Virus record (IMG/VR): IMGVR_UViG_2585427758_000016
Direction: 5' to 3' (one strand)
DNA: 24,673 bases
From: a virus
Taxonomy: Duplodnaviria > Heunggongvirae > Uroviricota > Caudoviricetes
This document shows, piece by piece, positions 1 through 10,358 of the stretch. Position 1 is the first letter of the stretch. Each line of letters starts with the position of its first letter. Position numbers and translations under genes: made by a program. The notes beneath the pieces were generated by a model, which did no database searches, had not been told where the DNA came from, and worked only from the letters and a program-made list of their open reading frames with translations.

Positions 1-1557
1 ATCCGTACCGATTTCGGTAAGGTAAACCCCGTTTTTGTTTCGCTTACGTGGCATGCTGGCCACCGGCTTACCGTAGACGGATGCCCCTTTAATGGGGATC
101 ACCCGGAACAGCCCATGTTTTTTCGAGCGTTCATACACAATGGTAGGGTCAATCCCGCCAGTATCCCAGCAGATACGGGATACCGACATTTCTGCACCAT
201 TCCGGCGGGTATAGGTTTTATTGATGGCCTCATCCACACGCTGCAGCGTCTGTTCATCGTCGTGGCGACCCATAATAATCTGCCGGTCAATCAGCCAGCT
301 TTCCTCACCCGGCCCCCATCCCCATACGCGCATTTCGTAGCGGTCCAGCTGGGAGTCGATACCGGCAGTCAGGTAAGCCACACGGTCAGGAACGGGCGCT
401 GAATAATGCTCTTTCCGCTCTGCCATCACTTCAGCATCCGGACGTTCGCCAATTTTCGCCTCCCACGTCTCACCGAGCGTGGTGTTCACGAAGGTTTTAC
501 GTTTTCCCGTATCCCCTTTCGTCTTCATCCAGTCTTTGACAATCTGCACCCAGGTGGTGAACGGGCTGTACGCCGTCCAGATGTGAAAGGTCACGCTGTC
601 AGGCGGTTCAATCTCTTCACCGGATGACGAAAACCAGAGAATGCCATCACGGGTCCAGATCCCGGTCTTTTCGCAGATATAACGGGCATCAGTGAAGTCC
701 AGCTCCTGCTGACGGATGACGCAGGCGTTATGCTCGCAGAGATAAAACACGCTGGAGGGGTCATCCGGCGTCCATTTGAGGCCAAACGGCGTCTCTTTAT
801 CGCCAAATTTAAGGTACTGCTCCTCCCCGCAGTGCGGGCAGGCAACATGAAAACGCATAAAATGCGGGGATTCACTGGCTGCACGCTCAATCTGGCAGGT
901 GCCTCTCACTTTGGGCGTGGAGCCACGGATGGACTTTGGCCAGACCGAGCCTTCAATACGCTTATCGCCCAGGAACGTCGGAGAGCCTTCCTGTTCAATA
1001 TCCTCATCAAAGGCAGCAAGTTCATCATAACCCGCCACATCCACCGACTTTTCACGGTAGTTTTTTGCCGCTTTACCGCCCAGGCACCAGAAGCCACGAC
1101 CATTGGAAAAACGCTTCATGGTGAGCGTGTTATCCCGGTGCTTTTTGCCATACCACGGAGCCAGCGCCAGCAGCGACGGAATATCGCGGATGGTCGGCTC
1201 AACGTGGGTTTTCATAAAGTTCTCGGCATCACCATCCGTCGGCAACCAGATAAGGGTGTTGCGCTGCTTATGCTCTATGAAGTAGGCATAAACACCCAGC
1301 AGCATTTTGGAATAACCAACACGGGCAGACTTCACCACATTCACCTCGCGGACGTAGTCACTGCCCATCGCATTCATGATGGCCCGCTGAAAGGGCAGTG
1401 TTTCCCAGCGCCCTTCCTGGTATGCGGATTCTTTCGGGAGATAGTAATTGGCATCCGCCCATTCAACGGCGGTCTGTGGCTCCGGCCGGAACAGTGAGCG
1501 AAGCCCGGCGCGGACAAAATGCCGCAGCCTGTTAACCTGACTGTTCGATATATTCAC
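1..1557 (-). CDS. A: Terminase large subunit gpA, N-terminal ~519 codons; gene continues beyond window start
   Basis: Minus-strand translation from GTG at 1557 gives VNISNSQVNRLRHFVRAGLR..., and further in RIEGSVWPKSIRGSTPKVRGTCQIERAASESPHFMRFHVA (from 841-960), matching lambda gpA as I recall it. Start overlaps the Nu1 stop as in lambda. Not in the ORF track because it runs off the window edge. Confidence 0.9.
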   Translation of the reverse strand, partial: MNISNSQVNRLRHFVRAGLRSLFRPEPQTAVEWADANYYLPKESAYQEGRWETLPFQRAIMNAMGSDYVREVNVVKSARVGYSKMLLGVYAYFIEHKQRNTLIWLPTDGDAENFMKTHVEPTIRDIPSLLALAPWYGKKHRDNTLTMKRFSNGRGFWCLGGKAAKNYREKSVDVAGYDELAAFDEDIEQEGSPTFLGDKRIEGSVWPKSIRGSTPKVRGTCQIERAASESPHFMRFHVACPHCGEEQYLKFGDKETPFGLKWTPDDPSSVFYLCEHNACVIRQQELDFTDARYICEKTGIWTRDGILWFSSSGEEIEPPDSVTFHIWTAYSPFTTWVQIVKDWMKTKGDTGKRKTFVNTTLGETWEAKIGERPDAEVMAERKEHYSAPVPDRVAYLTAGIDSQLDRYEMRVWGWGPGEESWLIDRQIIMGRHDDEQTLQRVDEAINKTYTRRNGAEMSVSRICWDTGGIDPTIVYERSKKHGLFRVIPIKGASVYGKPVASMPRKRNKNGVYLTEIGTD

Positions 1558-2077
1558 TCAGCAACCCCGGTATCAGTTCATCCAGCGCGGCTGCTTTGTT
1601 CATGGCTTTGATGATATCCCGTTTCAGGAAATCAACATGTCGGTTTTCCAGTTCCGGAAAACGCCGCTGCACCGACAGGGGGATCCCGTCGAGAATACTG
1701 GCAATTTCACCTGCGATCCGCGACAGCACGAAAGTACAGAATGCGGTTTCCACCACTTCAGCGGAGTCTCTGGCATTCTTCAGTTCCTGTGCGTCGGCCT
1801 GCGCACGCGTAAGTCGATGGCGTTCGTACTCAATAGTCCCTGGCTGGAGATCTGCCTCGCTGGCCTGCCGCAGTTCTTCAACTTCCCGGCGCAGCTTTTC
1901 GTTCTCAATTTCAGCATCCCTTTCGGCATACCATCTTATAACGGCGGCAGAGTCATAAAGCACCTCATTACCCTTGCCACCGCCTCGCAGAACGGGCATT
2001 CCCTGTTCCTGCCAGTTCTGAATGGTACGGATACTCGCACCGAAAATGTCAGCCAGCTGCTTTTTGTTGACTTCCAT
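1532..2077 (-). CDS. nu1: Terminase small subunit Nu1
   Basis: 181 aa ORF MEVNKKQLADIFGASIRTIQNWQEQGMPVLRGGGKGNEVLYDSAAV... matches lambda Nu1 (K-12 NohQ homolog) along its full length from memory; sits immediately upstream of A and next to cos. Confidence 0.95.
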   Translation of the reverse strand: MEVNKKQLADIFGASIRTIQNWQEQGMPVLRGGGKGNEVLYDSAAVIRWYAERDAEIENEKLRREVEELRQASEADLQPGTIEYERHRLTRAQADAQELKNARDSAEVVETAFCTFVLSRIAGEIASILDGIPLSVQRRFPELENRHVDFLKRDIIKAMNKAAALDELIPGLLSEYIEQSG

Positions 2078-2300
2078 TGTTCATTCCACGGCCAAAAACA
2101 GAGAAAGGAAACGACAGAGGCCCAAAAGCTCGTTTTCAGCACCTGTCGTTTCCTTTCTTTTCAGGGGGTATTTTAAATAAAAACATTAAGTTACAACGAA
2201 GAAGAACGGAAACGCCTTAAACCGGAAAATTTTCATAAATAGCGAAAACCCGCGAGGTCGCCGCCCCGTAACCTGTCGGATCGCCGGAAAGGACCCGCAA
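2078..2300. other. cos: Lambda-type cos site (cosB between Nu1 and cosN; cosN 12-nt cohesive-end sequence at 2255-2266; cosQ side beyond)
   Basis: Sequence cgaaaacccgcgaggtcgccgccccgtaacctgtcggatcgccggaaaggacccgc is the reverse complement of the lambda junction GACAGGTTACG|GGGCGGCGACCT|CGCGGGTTTTCG as I recall it; aggtcgccgccc at 2255-2266 is the reverse complement of GGGCGGCGACCT. Confidence 0.85.
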
Positions 2301-2465
2301 AATGATAATAATTATCATCTGCATGTCACAACGTGCATCTACGCAATCAAACCACGTCAAATAATCAATTATGACGCAGATATCGTATTAATTGATCTGC
2401 ATCAACTTAACGTAAAAACAACTTCAGACAATACAAATCAGCGACACTGAATACGGGACAACCTC

Positions 2466-2699
2466 ATGTCAACGAAGAACAGAACCCGCAGAACAACAAC
2501 CCGCAACATCCGCTTTCCTAACCAAATGATTGAACAAATTAACATCGCTCTTGAGCAAAAAGGGTCCGGGAATTTCTCAGCCTGGGTCATTGAAGCCTGC
2601 CGCCGGAGACTGTGCTCAGAAAAAAGAGTTTCTTCTGAAGCAAACAAAGAAAAGAGTGACATTACTGAATTGCTCAGAAAACAGGTCAGACCAGATTGA
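2466..2699 (+). CDS. Small basic hypothetical protein (YnfO-like position in Qin-type prophages)
   Basis: 77 aa ORF directly after cos, arginine-rich N-terminus; same relative position as ynfO in K-12 Qin. Family assignment is by position and length only. Confidence 0.5.
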   Translation: MSTKNRTRRTTTRNIRFPNQMIEQINIALEQKGSGNFSAWVIEACRRRLCSEKRVSSEANKEKSDITELLRKQVRPD

Positions 2700-2741
2700 A
2701 GCAATTTAGATAATCGTGCAGACTACGCCCCCTCATATCAC

Positions 2742-3167
2742 ATGGAAGGTTTATCTATGGATCAGGTAGTCATTTTTAAACAAATATTTGATAAAGTTCG
2801 AAACGATTTAAACTATCAATGGTTTTATTCTGAGCTAAAACGTCACAATGTCTCACATTACATTTACTATTTAGCCACAGAGAATGTTCATATTGTATTA
2901 AAAAATGATAATACAGTGTTATTAAAGGGCCTAAAAAACATTGTGTCTGTCAAATTTTCAAAGGATAGGCATCTTATAGAAACGACCTCTAATAAGCTGA
3001 AATCCAGAGAGATCACATTTCAGGAATACAGAAGAAACCTTGCTAAAGCAGGAGTTTTTCGGTGGGTTACAAATATCCACGAACAAAAAAGATATTACTA
3101 TACCTTTGATAATTCATTACCATTTACTGAAAGCATCCAGAAAACTACACAGATCTTACCACGCTAA
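2742..3167 (+). CDS. DUF1398-family protein (YdfO/YnaE-like)
   Basis: 141 aa ORF; size and position match ydfO of Qin. True start may be the internal Met at 2757 (MDQVVIF...). Confidence 0.55.
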   Translation: MEGLSMDQVVIFKQIFDKVRNDLNYQWFYSELKRHNVSHYIYYLATENVHIVLKNDNTVLLKGLKNIVSVKFSKDRHLIETTSNKLKSREITFQEYRRNLAKAGVFRWVTNIHEQKRYYYTFDNSLPFTESIQKTTQILPR

Positions 3168-3318
3168 ACCATAACGTCCGGCTTCTTTCACTCCTGAGCC
3201 GGACTGCATTGGTTTAATAAAAACCATCAACAATTGTGATTTAGATATTCGGAACCATTCAAATATAACAAAACCCCGTAAAAACGAGGTTTATGGATAA
3301 ATTTTATTATTGAATACA

Positions 3319-3492
3319 TCAGATTAAATTAATCTTGACATCATAGCTTTCAAGACCCGTCATTTTTTCCCGTGCGGTAAACTGAATACTGGTAACTTCT
3401 TTCCCGGTCTTTTTCTTAAGTTCAATAATTTTTTTTGTTATATATTCAGAAATATCTGCTTCTGCTTTTGTTTTTAAGTTTTCAATATTCAT
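3319..3492 (-). CDS. gnsB: GnsB-like small protein (57 aa)
   Basis: Hand translation of the minus strand gives MNIENLKTKAEADISEYITKKIIELKKKTGKEVTSIQFTAREKMTGLESYDVKINLI, matching the Gns family as recalled. Below the 60 aa cutoff of the ORF track. Confidence 0.7.
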   Translation of the reverse strand: MNIENLKTKAEADISEYITKKIIELKKKTGKEVTSIQFTAREKMTGLESYDVKINLI

Positions 3493-3663
3493 CATTTCCT
3501 CTTTTAGTCTGTTATGACTTTCCAGTTACACAGTAAGTCGATTATATGGTGCAAACGTTTAAAAGATAAGATGAAACATCGCAATAATCAACATACGATA
3601 GTCTAAATTTTACACAAACAGACAAAGAGAATTTTCCTGAATTATCAATGCAATAGCATCAAA

Positions 3664-3894
3664 TCAACTCAAGAGCCTTATTGCTGCTTCCAGAATTTCT
3701 TCTGAAGTAACATGTCGATCCGCGGCTACATAAATGACTTTATGATCTCCGGTCAGAGATGGAAACCCTGCGGCCATTACAGTAAGGTGTGTTTTTTCGC
3801 CATTTGGATATTCACGCATGATGGTGTTAACTCCAGTCATCGCTGGCACTACCACTGCTGGTTCAGAGTTAAAAAAAACTATGATTTTTTTCAT
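3664..3894 (-). CDS. Hypothetical small protein (76 aa from MKKIIVFFNSEP...)
   Basis: ORF 3664-3936; chosen start is the internal Met at 3894 where the hydrophilic, protein-like sequence begins. No family recognised. Confidence 0.35.
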   Translation of the reverse strand: MKKIIVFFNSEPAVVVPAMTGVNTIMREYPNGEKTHLTVMAAGFPSLTGDHKVIYVAADRHVTSEEILEAAIRLLS

Positions 3895-4165
3895 GATGTT
3901 ACCGTAGTATGTGAGTATCCATCGAATAGACACCAAGCAAAAAAGCTCCCGAAGGAGCCTTCATTTTCACTTTTTTAAATCCAACGACAGACGGCTGGCA
4001 TTTAAGTATTGTGAAATATTATCAAATGTAATCATCATTGATTTACAAAAGATACATTTTGCCCCGAAAGGATTCATGTCAGAAACATCAAAAGATGATG
4101 TTCTATACTGGGAACCATGACAACACGGGCATCTAAAGTGAATATGGTTTGTAATATTGTCTACC

Positions 4166-4378
4166 TCAAAGCGCCACTACATGAACAGCGGCAGGACCTT
4201 TAGGTCCGTTCTCAATACCAAATTCAACTTCCTGATTCTCAGTTAATGTTTTGAAATCGTTGCTCTGAATTGCTGAGAAATGGACAAACACATCTTTGCT
4301 GCCATCTTTCGGCGTGATGAAACCAAAACCTTTTTCAGGGTTAAACCATTTCACTAAACCAGTCATTTTGTTAGACAT
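4166..4378 (-). CDS. cspI: Cold-shock protein, CspI-like
   Basis: 70 aa [38 protein letters not shown]...; canonical cold-shock domain RNP1 (KGFGFI) and RNP2 (VFVHF) motifs; long AT-rich 5' leader upstream (4379-4700). Confidence 0.9.
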   Translation of the reverse strand: MSNKMTGLVKWFNPEKGFGFITPKDGSKDVFVHFSAIQSNDFKTLTENQEVEFGIENGPKGPAAVHVVAL

Positions 4379-4739
4379 AATTATTACCTTTTGAAGAAAT
4401 TAGCCCTTGGGCAGAATGGTCCGAAAAAAATATCAGAGAGAAAAACCAACAAGGAAATCTCAAGAGGTACAAATAATAAAATTATAACAATGACTGCTTC
4501 AGATAAATTTGTAACAAACCAGAACACCATTAACGCATGATTAACCACCCATAGCAAGGATTACTTTTGTAAAGAAAAACACAGCAATGAAAGAATAGCT
4601 TTATTTATTAATAAAACGTGTCATTCTGATTAAGACCTTTTATCTTACCCTTAAGATTTCAGGAATTTTGGCTCATGGAAGAGTCCTTTTTATTTAAATT
4701 TTACATTCCGCGATGTAAATGTTCCGATTTAATATTACC

Positions 4740-5763
<1,024 letters not shown>

Positions 5764-5767
<4 letters not shown>

Positions 5768-6075
5768 ATATATTTATGATGAGGACGCTCGTGCTTATTG
5801 GCAGGATTTTCAATCTTAAAGGAGTACTGATGCTGCAGATAAGACTCAACTTTTTCTGACAATTTTTCTGCTACTTCCAGGAAGACTTGCCGGACGCTCC
5901 TTCTGGCTGCTGCCTCATAAAACTCCAGCGCAGCTCCTTCAACACGGTCCATGGCGACATCCAGGTCAAAAATTTCACCGTCAAAGCGTTCCTTGTCCTG
6001 TAAGGCTACAGTTACCGTAACTTTATTCTCAAAATTACGGACTCCTTTCACAACCAGTTCATAGTCTTGAGTCAT
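5764..6075 (-). CDS. YdfR-like protein (DUF1327) between holin and endolysin
   Basis: 103 aa acidic ORF placed between holin and endolysin exactly as ydfR lies between essQ and rrrQ in Qin. Confidence 0.6.
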
Positions 6076-6079
6076 TGGA

Positions 6080-6295
6080 TTACTCTCCTCTCGCAGCCTT
6101 ACGCCTGTCTTCTTTAATCTTGAAATAAAGATTTGTCAGATACGTCAGCAGGCCAAAAACCAGGCTACCCAGCACACCGATTGCAGCCCACTGTGACGGA
6201 GTTACTTTATCGAGTAACTGCAATGCCCAGAAACCAGCATTACCCGCCGATGTGCCATAGGCAACACCTGTTGTTAACTTATCCATTGATTTCAT
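6080..6295 (-). CDS. Class II holin / pinholin (S21/EssD-like), dual-start MKSM motif
   Basis: From the Met at 6295: [26 protein letters not shown]...[36 protein letters not shown], two TMDs and a basic C-terminus; closely resembles phage 21 S21 as recalled. The ORF track ORF extends to 6370 but the upstream 25 codons look non-native. Confidence 0.8.
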   Translation of the reverse strand: MKSMDKLTTGVAYGTSAGNAGFWALQLLDKVTPSQWAAIGVLGSLVFGLLTYLTNLYFKIKEDRRKAARGE

Positions 6296-6514
6296 ATCCT
6301 CACCCCGATGTACACGGATGGTGCAATATGTTTGAAAAGATCGGAGTCTACGGGGTAGTTTTGACAGCACACGTTGTTCTCAACGGCGCTAAAAAAACAT
6401 ACACATTAAAAATGTGGGTAATTATTTTGAAAGAAAGTCATATATAAAATAATAATACGAGAAATGTTTTCATATTTAGTGTACTGTATACGGCCATTTA
6501 TACAGGAAAAGCCT

Positions 6515-6685
6515 ATGTCAGAACGTAAAGACTCAAAATCACGCCGTAATTATCTCGTTAAATGTTCCTGCCCAAACTGCACCCAAGAGTCAGAACACAG
6601 TTTTTCAAGAGTACAAAAAGGTGCCCTTTTGATCTGCCCTCATTGCAACAAAGTATTCCAGACAAATCTTAAAGCTGTAGCCTGA
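6515..6685 (+). CDS. Small zinc-ribbon protein (C-x2-C ... C-x2-C)
   Basis: ORF 6464-6685; internal start at 6515 is preceded by an AGGAAAAG RBS; MSERKDSKSRRNYLVKCSCPNCTQESEHSFSRVQKGALLICPHCNKVF has two CxxC pairs. Confidence 0.45.
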   Translation: MSERKDSKSRRNYLVKCSCPNCTQESEHSFSRVQKGALLICPHCNKVFQTNLKAVA

Positions 6686-6744
6686 TTGATTTTATTAGTA
6701 ACAAGTATTTTTTATATTTTAATAATATATTTAAAGCAGATAAT

Positions 6745-6767
6745 AAAAAACCCGCCTGAGCGGGTTT
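6745..6767 (-). terminator. Rho-independent terminator (minus orientation)
   Basis: Stem aacccgc/gcgggtt with a 4-nt loop; on the minus strand it is followed by a U-rich tract (the plus strand reads ataataaaaaa just upstream). Confidence 0.5.
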
Positions 6768-7048
6768 GAGATTGTGGTGCTTTTTGTGGGAGTCATCCAC
6801 TTACGCACTTTGTTTTGCGATGCCAGCAGTTAGCTTCTGCTGTGAAACTATTCATGCAGCAAACCTGCACTTCACCACAATGGTTAGCATACTTTTCCTG
6901 ATTAAGATTTTGCCAAATATGCTGGCCATTGTTTCATGTATTGGACCTCCTTACTTTTTATTAAAGAGATCCAATATTCACTACTCTGTCCGTATCTCTA
7001 CTCAGGCATCAGCCTTCTTCGTTATCGTATACAGACGAGCGATGAATT

Positions 7049-7264
7049 TTAATCAGTAATGATGACATTTACTGCTGCAGGACCTTTAGCACCACTCTCT
7101 ATAGAGAAGGTAACCTTTTGACCTTCAAATAAGGTTCGATAATTATCATTCTGAATCGCAGAAAAATGCACAAACACATCTTTACTACCATCAACAGGAG
7201 AAATAAAGCCGAAACCTTTATCAGCGTTAAACCATTTTACTAAACCAGTCATTTTATTTGACAT
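7049..7264 (-). CDS. cspB: Cold-shock protein, CspB-like
   Basis: 71 aa [64 protein letters not shown]...; cold-shock domain with long 5' leader. Confidence 0.9.
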   Translation of the reverse strand: MSNKMTGLVKWFNADKGFGFISPVDGSKDVFVHFSAIQNDNYRTLFEGQKVTFSIESGAKGPAAVNVIITD

Positions 7265-7574
7265 TCTACATTCCTTAACTTGAGCCTTTCGGCATAAATG
7301 GTTTGCATAACAGAAACGACTTCGTACTTAATTGGAGAGACTCAAAGAAGGAATAAGTGAATAACACCTGAAATGAGAACTGCTTTAGTAAACTACTTCG
7401 TATATCGTCTGTTCTTCAAACCGACGCAGTCATTAACTCATAGTTGAACATATGAAGCAATGTTTATTTTAGACATCCAGCCACCTTCAATCCTATCAAA
7501 AAAGTAGTTTTCTCCAGGAACGTGTGTATGGTGCACCAGGTTATCAGTATTAAGGAGTTTTTCTGTCCCCTAAA

Positions 7575-7775
7575 ATGACAGGAATTGTCAAAAACTTTGA
7601 CGGCAAAAGCGGCAAGGGTCTTATCACCCCATCCGATGGTCGTATCGATGTCCAGCTTCATGTTTCAGCGCTCAATCTCCGCGATGCAGAAGAAATTACC
7701 ACCGGATTACGCGTGGAATTTTACCGGATAAATGGTCTGCGTGGCCCTTCAGCTGCCAATGTTTACCTTTCATGA
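7575..7775 (+). CDS. cspF: Cold-shock-domain protein, CspF/CspH-like
   Basis: 66 aa [41 protein letters not shown]...; divergent from cspB; an in-frame stop lies 8 codons upstream so the start is fixed; RBS taaggag upstream. Confidence 0.85.
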   Translation: MTGIVKNFDGKSGKGLITPSDGRIDVQLHVSALNLRDAEEITTGLRVEFYRINGLRGPSAANVYLS

Positions 7776-8059
7776 GCTATATTAAAGCTTTAATTTCAGG
7801 CCCCATCGGATCACACATGGAGAGTTTTTATGAATAACTCCGTCTGTCTTGATGACTGGTTGATTGGCTTTAAAATCTTATGCTGTACTTTGGCCGTAAT
7901 AGCTCTGCTAATAATATAATAAGCAGACTCATTGTGTTTAGGGACATTGTACTGGAAGAAAACATTTTAAACATCAGGCAAATAACCAAGTCACCAGCTA
8001 AATAATAAGTTAACAGACATGAGTCCCGGGATGAGATTCAACATTACCATTGCCCCATT

Positions 8060-8090
8060 TAAAGCACAAAACCCGCTCATCAGCGGGTTT
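8060..8090 (-). terminator. Rho-independent terminator downstream of Q (candidate tR'); hairpin is flanked by T-runs on both strands
   Basis: aaacccgct-catc-agcgggttt stem-loop; minus-strand transcript would end in UUUUGUGCUUU; the plus strand has ttttctacttttt after the stem. Confidence 0.6.
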
Positions 8091-8135
8091 TCTACTTTTT
8101 CTTAACGTCGGGTATACAAAGCCCATCGTTGAAAA

Positions 8136-8165
8136 AATTTTATCCATATTTTTTGAAAAATGCAA
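8136..8165 (-). promoter_or_regulatory. Candidate late promoter pR' (sigma-70: -35 TTGCAT, 17-nt spacer, -10 TAAAAT on the minus strand)
   Basis: Read on the minus strand: ttgcat ttttcaaaaaatatgga taaaat, located 30-60 nt downstream of the Q stop and about 50 nt upstream of the terminator. Confidence 0.4.
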
Positions 8166-8196
8166 ACATCATGTCGCCATCTTCAGCAAAAATCAT

Positions 8197-8949
8197 TTAT
8201 CTCGTCACCTTCCTCAATTGCGCTTCCGCGTATGCTTCTTCCTGCCAGCACTTTGTTACCAGTTTACCAATGACGTCCGCATACCCCTTATACCACTGAT
8301 AATCGGTCAGGTCTGGTACCAGCTTCTGGACATGACGTCGTGCCAGCGTGGTCGGTAAACGACTAAACCGGTTTCCATTACAACGCCCACAAATCTTATA
8401 TACCGGTACGCCATGAAACCGGGTTCTTTTTTCATCCAGAACAATCCCTTTACCCTTACACCCTCTGCACGCTGTGCTGGCTTCGCCCTTACCATGGCAA
8501 TGCTGACATAGTTCCTTCACCCATTCTTCCTTGATTACAGATTCCCCGCGTCTGTAGTGTTTCACCACTTCGCGCAATACATTATAAAATCCCGTACCTG
8601 AACAATGCTCACAGCGAGCCTTACTTGCCGCAGACCTGGAGTAATCAGCAAATGCAAAACTCACGAGGTAAGGAATAATCTGTAACCGGATTTCTTCACT
8701 CAATTTGTTCAATGTCGGGTTATCCAGTGCCATCGCGTAATTTAGCAGGCCTTCAATCGCAAACTGAGGGTCCTGAACACCAACTTTTGCCAGAAATAAG
8801 GCCAACCCAAGTGGTGCTTTCGACTGCACCATCCCCTGCGCTGCCATTACATCCGTAATTGTTAAACAACCGGTGCCTGTCGCTGGAGCGTCATCGCTCA
8901 ATTTTGGAGATTTTGGGGAGTAATATTTTGGTAAGGCTTCAAGGTTCAT
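8197..8949 (-). CDS. quuQ: Late-gene antiterminator Q (QuuQ-like)
   Basis: 250 aa from the Met at 8949 (MNLEALPKYY...); several CxxC/HCHGKG zinc-binding motifs (CEHCSGTG, CQHCHGKG, CRGCKGKG, CGRCNG); positioned just upstream of the pR'/tR' candidates and the lysis cassette. Confidence 0.85.
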   Translation of the reverse strand: MNLEALPKYYSPKSPKLSDDAPATGTGCLTITDVMAAQGMVQSKAPLGLALFLAKVGVQDPQFAIEGLLNYAMALDNPTLNKLSEEIRLQIIPYLVSFAFADYSRSAASKARCEHCSGTGFYNVLREVVKHYRRGESVIKEEWVKELCQHCHGKGEASTACRGCKGKGIVLDEKRTRFHGVPVYKICGRCNGNRFSRLPTTLARRHVQKLVPDLTDYQWYKGYADVIGKLVTKCWQEEAYAEAQLRKVTR

Positions 8950-8962
8950 GCTCGTTCTCCAC

Positions 8963-10051
8963 TTACGCCAGTACGCCAATTGCCAGCGCGCGATCGATAA
9001 AACGAAATATCAGCTCCAGTTGGGAGCCATACTTATCTTCAAATGCCACTGTATCCGTATGCAGCTCGTTGTGATGCTTTCTGCACAAAGGCAACACAAA
9101 GAGATCATGTGCTTTTGTTCCCATTCCGCCCTGCCCGTGACCAATCAGATGATGCGAATCGTCGGCTGGCATACCGCAGCAAGCACACGGCTGTGTCTTA
9201 ACCCAACGTGTGTATTTCTCCTTAACCCAGCGGCGACGTTTAGGCAGCTTCATGAAAGATTCCGGAGACTCTGGATCAACGGTGATGCTTACCACCGTCT
9301 TTTCCTGTGGTGATTTTTGTTGCTGGTGGGCGTAAGGCAACGGTGCAAGATTTTTTGTGCGTTGTTTCAATATGCTGGTGGCGGTCTGCTCTCCCGGTAC
9401 GATGTCGCTTTCGCGGTACACCGAGCAGATTTTTTCCGCTGGTAATCCCAGCGAACGACGCGATACAGCCTCAGGTAGTGCATCCACCACCTGATTGCAG
9501 ACCGCCCACCAGGATAATTCAGCCAAAGATAATTCCCGCTCCTGCGTACCGCTTATTGCGTGACGGATGACGTCAATCACCCATGCTGTCAGATTTTGTT
9601 GAGCAAGCAGCTCCAGTGATTCCGATGTCTGGTCACGCAGTTGGTTGTCGCAGTGCCAGCACAACACCATTGCGCCGGTACCATAACGGTGAATGACTGT
9701 TTCAGTGTGATGGTAATCGCCATTAGGCCACTGGCAGGATGTAACATGACGTAATAGCCAGTCGGACAATGCGCCAACGCCGCCAGCAGCACGAATCACC
9801 CGTTCGTTACTAAAAAACGGCAGCAATGTTTTGTCTTCCGCCAGCGGCTGGCGAACGGCAGGAACGACTCCGGATGGCAGATTACGCATGCTTTTTGGTT
9901 CCGGTTCCACCAGCACTCGAGGATTATGAAATATCTGTATGGATTCACGGCCCGGCTTAAGGACCACCAGCCCAAGCTCAGGCACCAGAACAGGTCTAAG
10001 TAATACCCGCACGTTACCTCCAGATCCGTTGCTGGAAAGTGCGGGACGCAC
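8963..10051 (-). CDS. ydfU: YdfU-like protein (DUF968)
   Basis: 362 aa ORF immediately upstream of Q, as ydfU is in Qin. The N-terminal ~50 residues are low-complexity and may not be translated; an internal Met (MRNLPSG...) is an alternative start. Confidence 0.7.
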   Translation of the reverse strand: MRPALSSNGSGGNVRVLLRPVLVPELGLVVLKPGRESIQIFHNPRVLVEPEPKSMRNLPSGVVPAVRQPLAEDKTLLPFFSNERVIRAAGGVGALSDWLLRHVTSCQWPNGDYHHTETVIHRYGTGAMVLCWHCDNQLRDQTSESLELLAQQNLTAWVIDVIRHAISGTQERELSLAELSWWAVCNQVVDALPEAVSRRSLGLPAEKICSVYRESDIVPGEQTATSILKQRTKNLAPLPYAHQQQKSPQEKTVVSITVDPESPESFMKLPKRRRWVKEKYTRWVKTQPCACCGMPADDSHHLIGHGQGGMGTKAHDLFVLPLCRKHHNELHTDTVAFEDKYGSQLELIFRFIDRALAIGVLA

Positions 10052-10292
10052 GTGGTGGGCGTTCGGAATAAGGCAGCCTGACAGAGATTATCCAGTGCCG
10101 ATAGTCGAGACTGAGAGCTTTCTTAACCTCGAACCCGCGCCTGCGGTAAGAATGAATCAGCCATTCGGCCTGTTCTGCAGTGCATGGAGGGTGCTGGAAC
10201 CATTCAGACTTGAATGCGTGAGAATACCGCCCGTGCGTGCAGGCAAGAACGGGCGAATTATCAGAATTGTAATATTTTGCGTTGCGTGCCAT
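10014..10292 (-). CDS. Hypothetical protein (92 aa) between rem and ydfU
   Basis: ORF with a plausible N-terminus (MARNAKYYNSDNSPVLACTHG...) but a low-complexity C-terminus that overlaps the ydfU ORF; no family recognised. Confidence 0.3.
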   Translation of the reverse strand: MARNAKYYNSDNSPVLACTHGRYSHAFKSEWFQHPPCTAEQAEWLIHSYRRRGFEVKKALSLDYRHWIISVRLPYSERPPRASRTFQQRIWR

Positions 10293-10358
10293 CGGTTTTC
10301 TCCGGTGGCACGGTGTTACTCAGCGGGAGTTCAGCCCCGCGCAAGATTGTAGATGAGT

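Noticed and set aside
730-1497. 255 aa plus-strand ORF (and neighbouring plus ORFs at 115-627)
   Set aside because: Antisense to the gpA coding sequence, whose minus-strand translation matches lambda terminase; the plus-strand product is Arg-rich and non-protein-like.
1596-2176. 120 aa and 179 aa plus-strand ORFs
   Set aside because: Antisense to Nu1 and extending into cos; the minus strand encodes the recognisable Nu1.
7780-8050. Possible tRNA genes between Q and the lysis cassette, as found in some lambdoid phages
   Set aside because: No cloverleaf-compatible sequence recognised by eye; the region is AT-rich with one 29-codon hydrophobic mini-ORF (7830-7919) that I could not support.
9939-10352. 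137 aa plus-strand ORF
   Set aside because: Antisense to the ydfU start and the 92 aa ORF; Arg/Pro-rich low-complexity translation.
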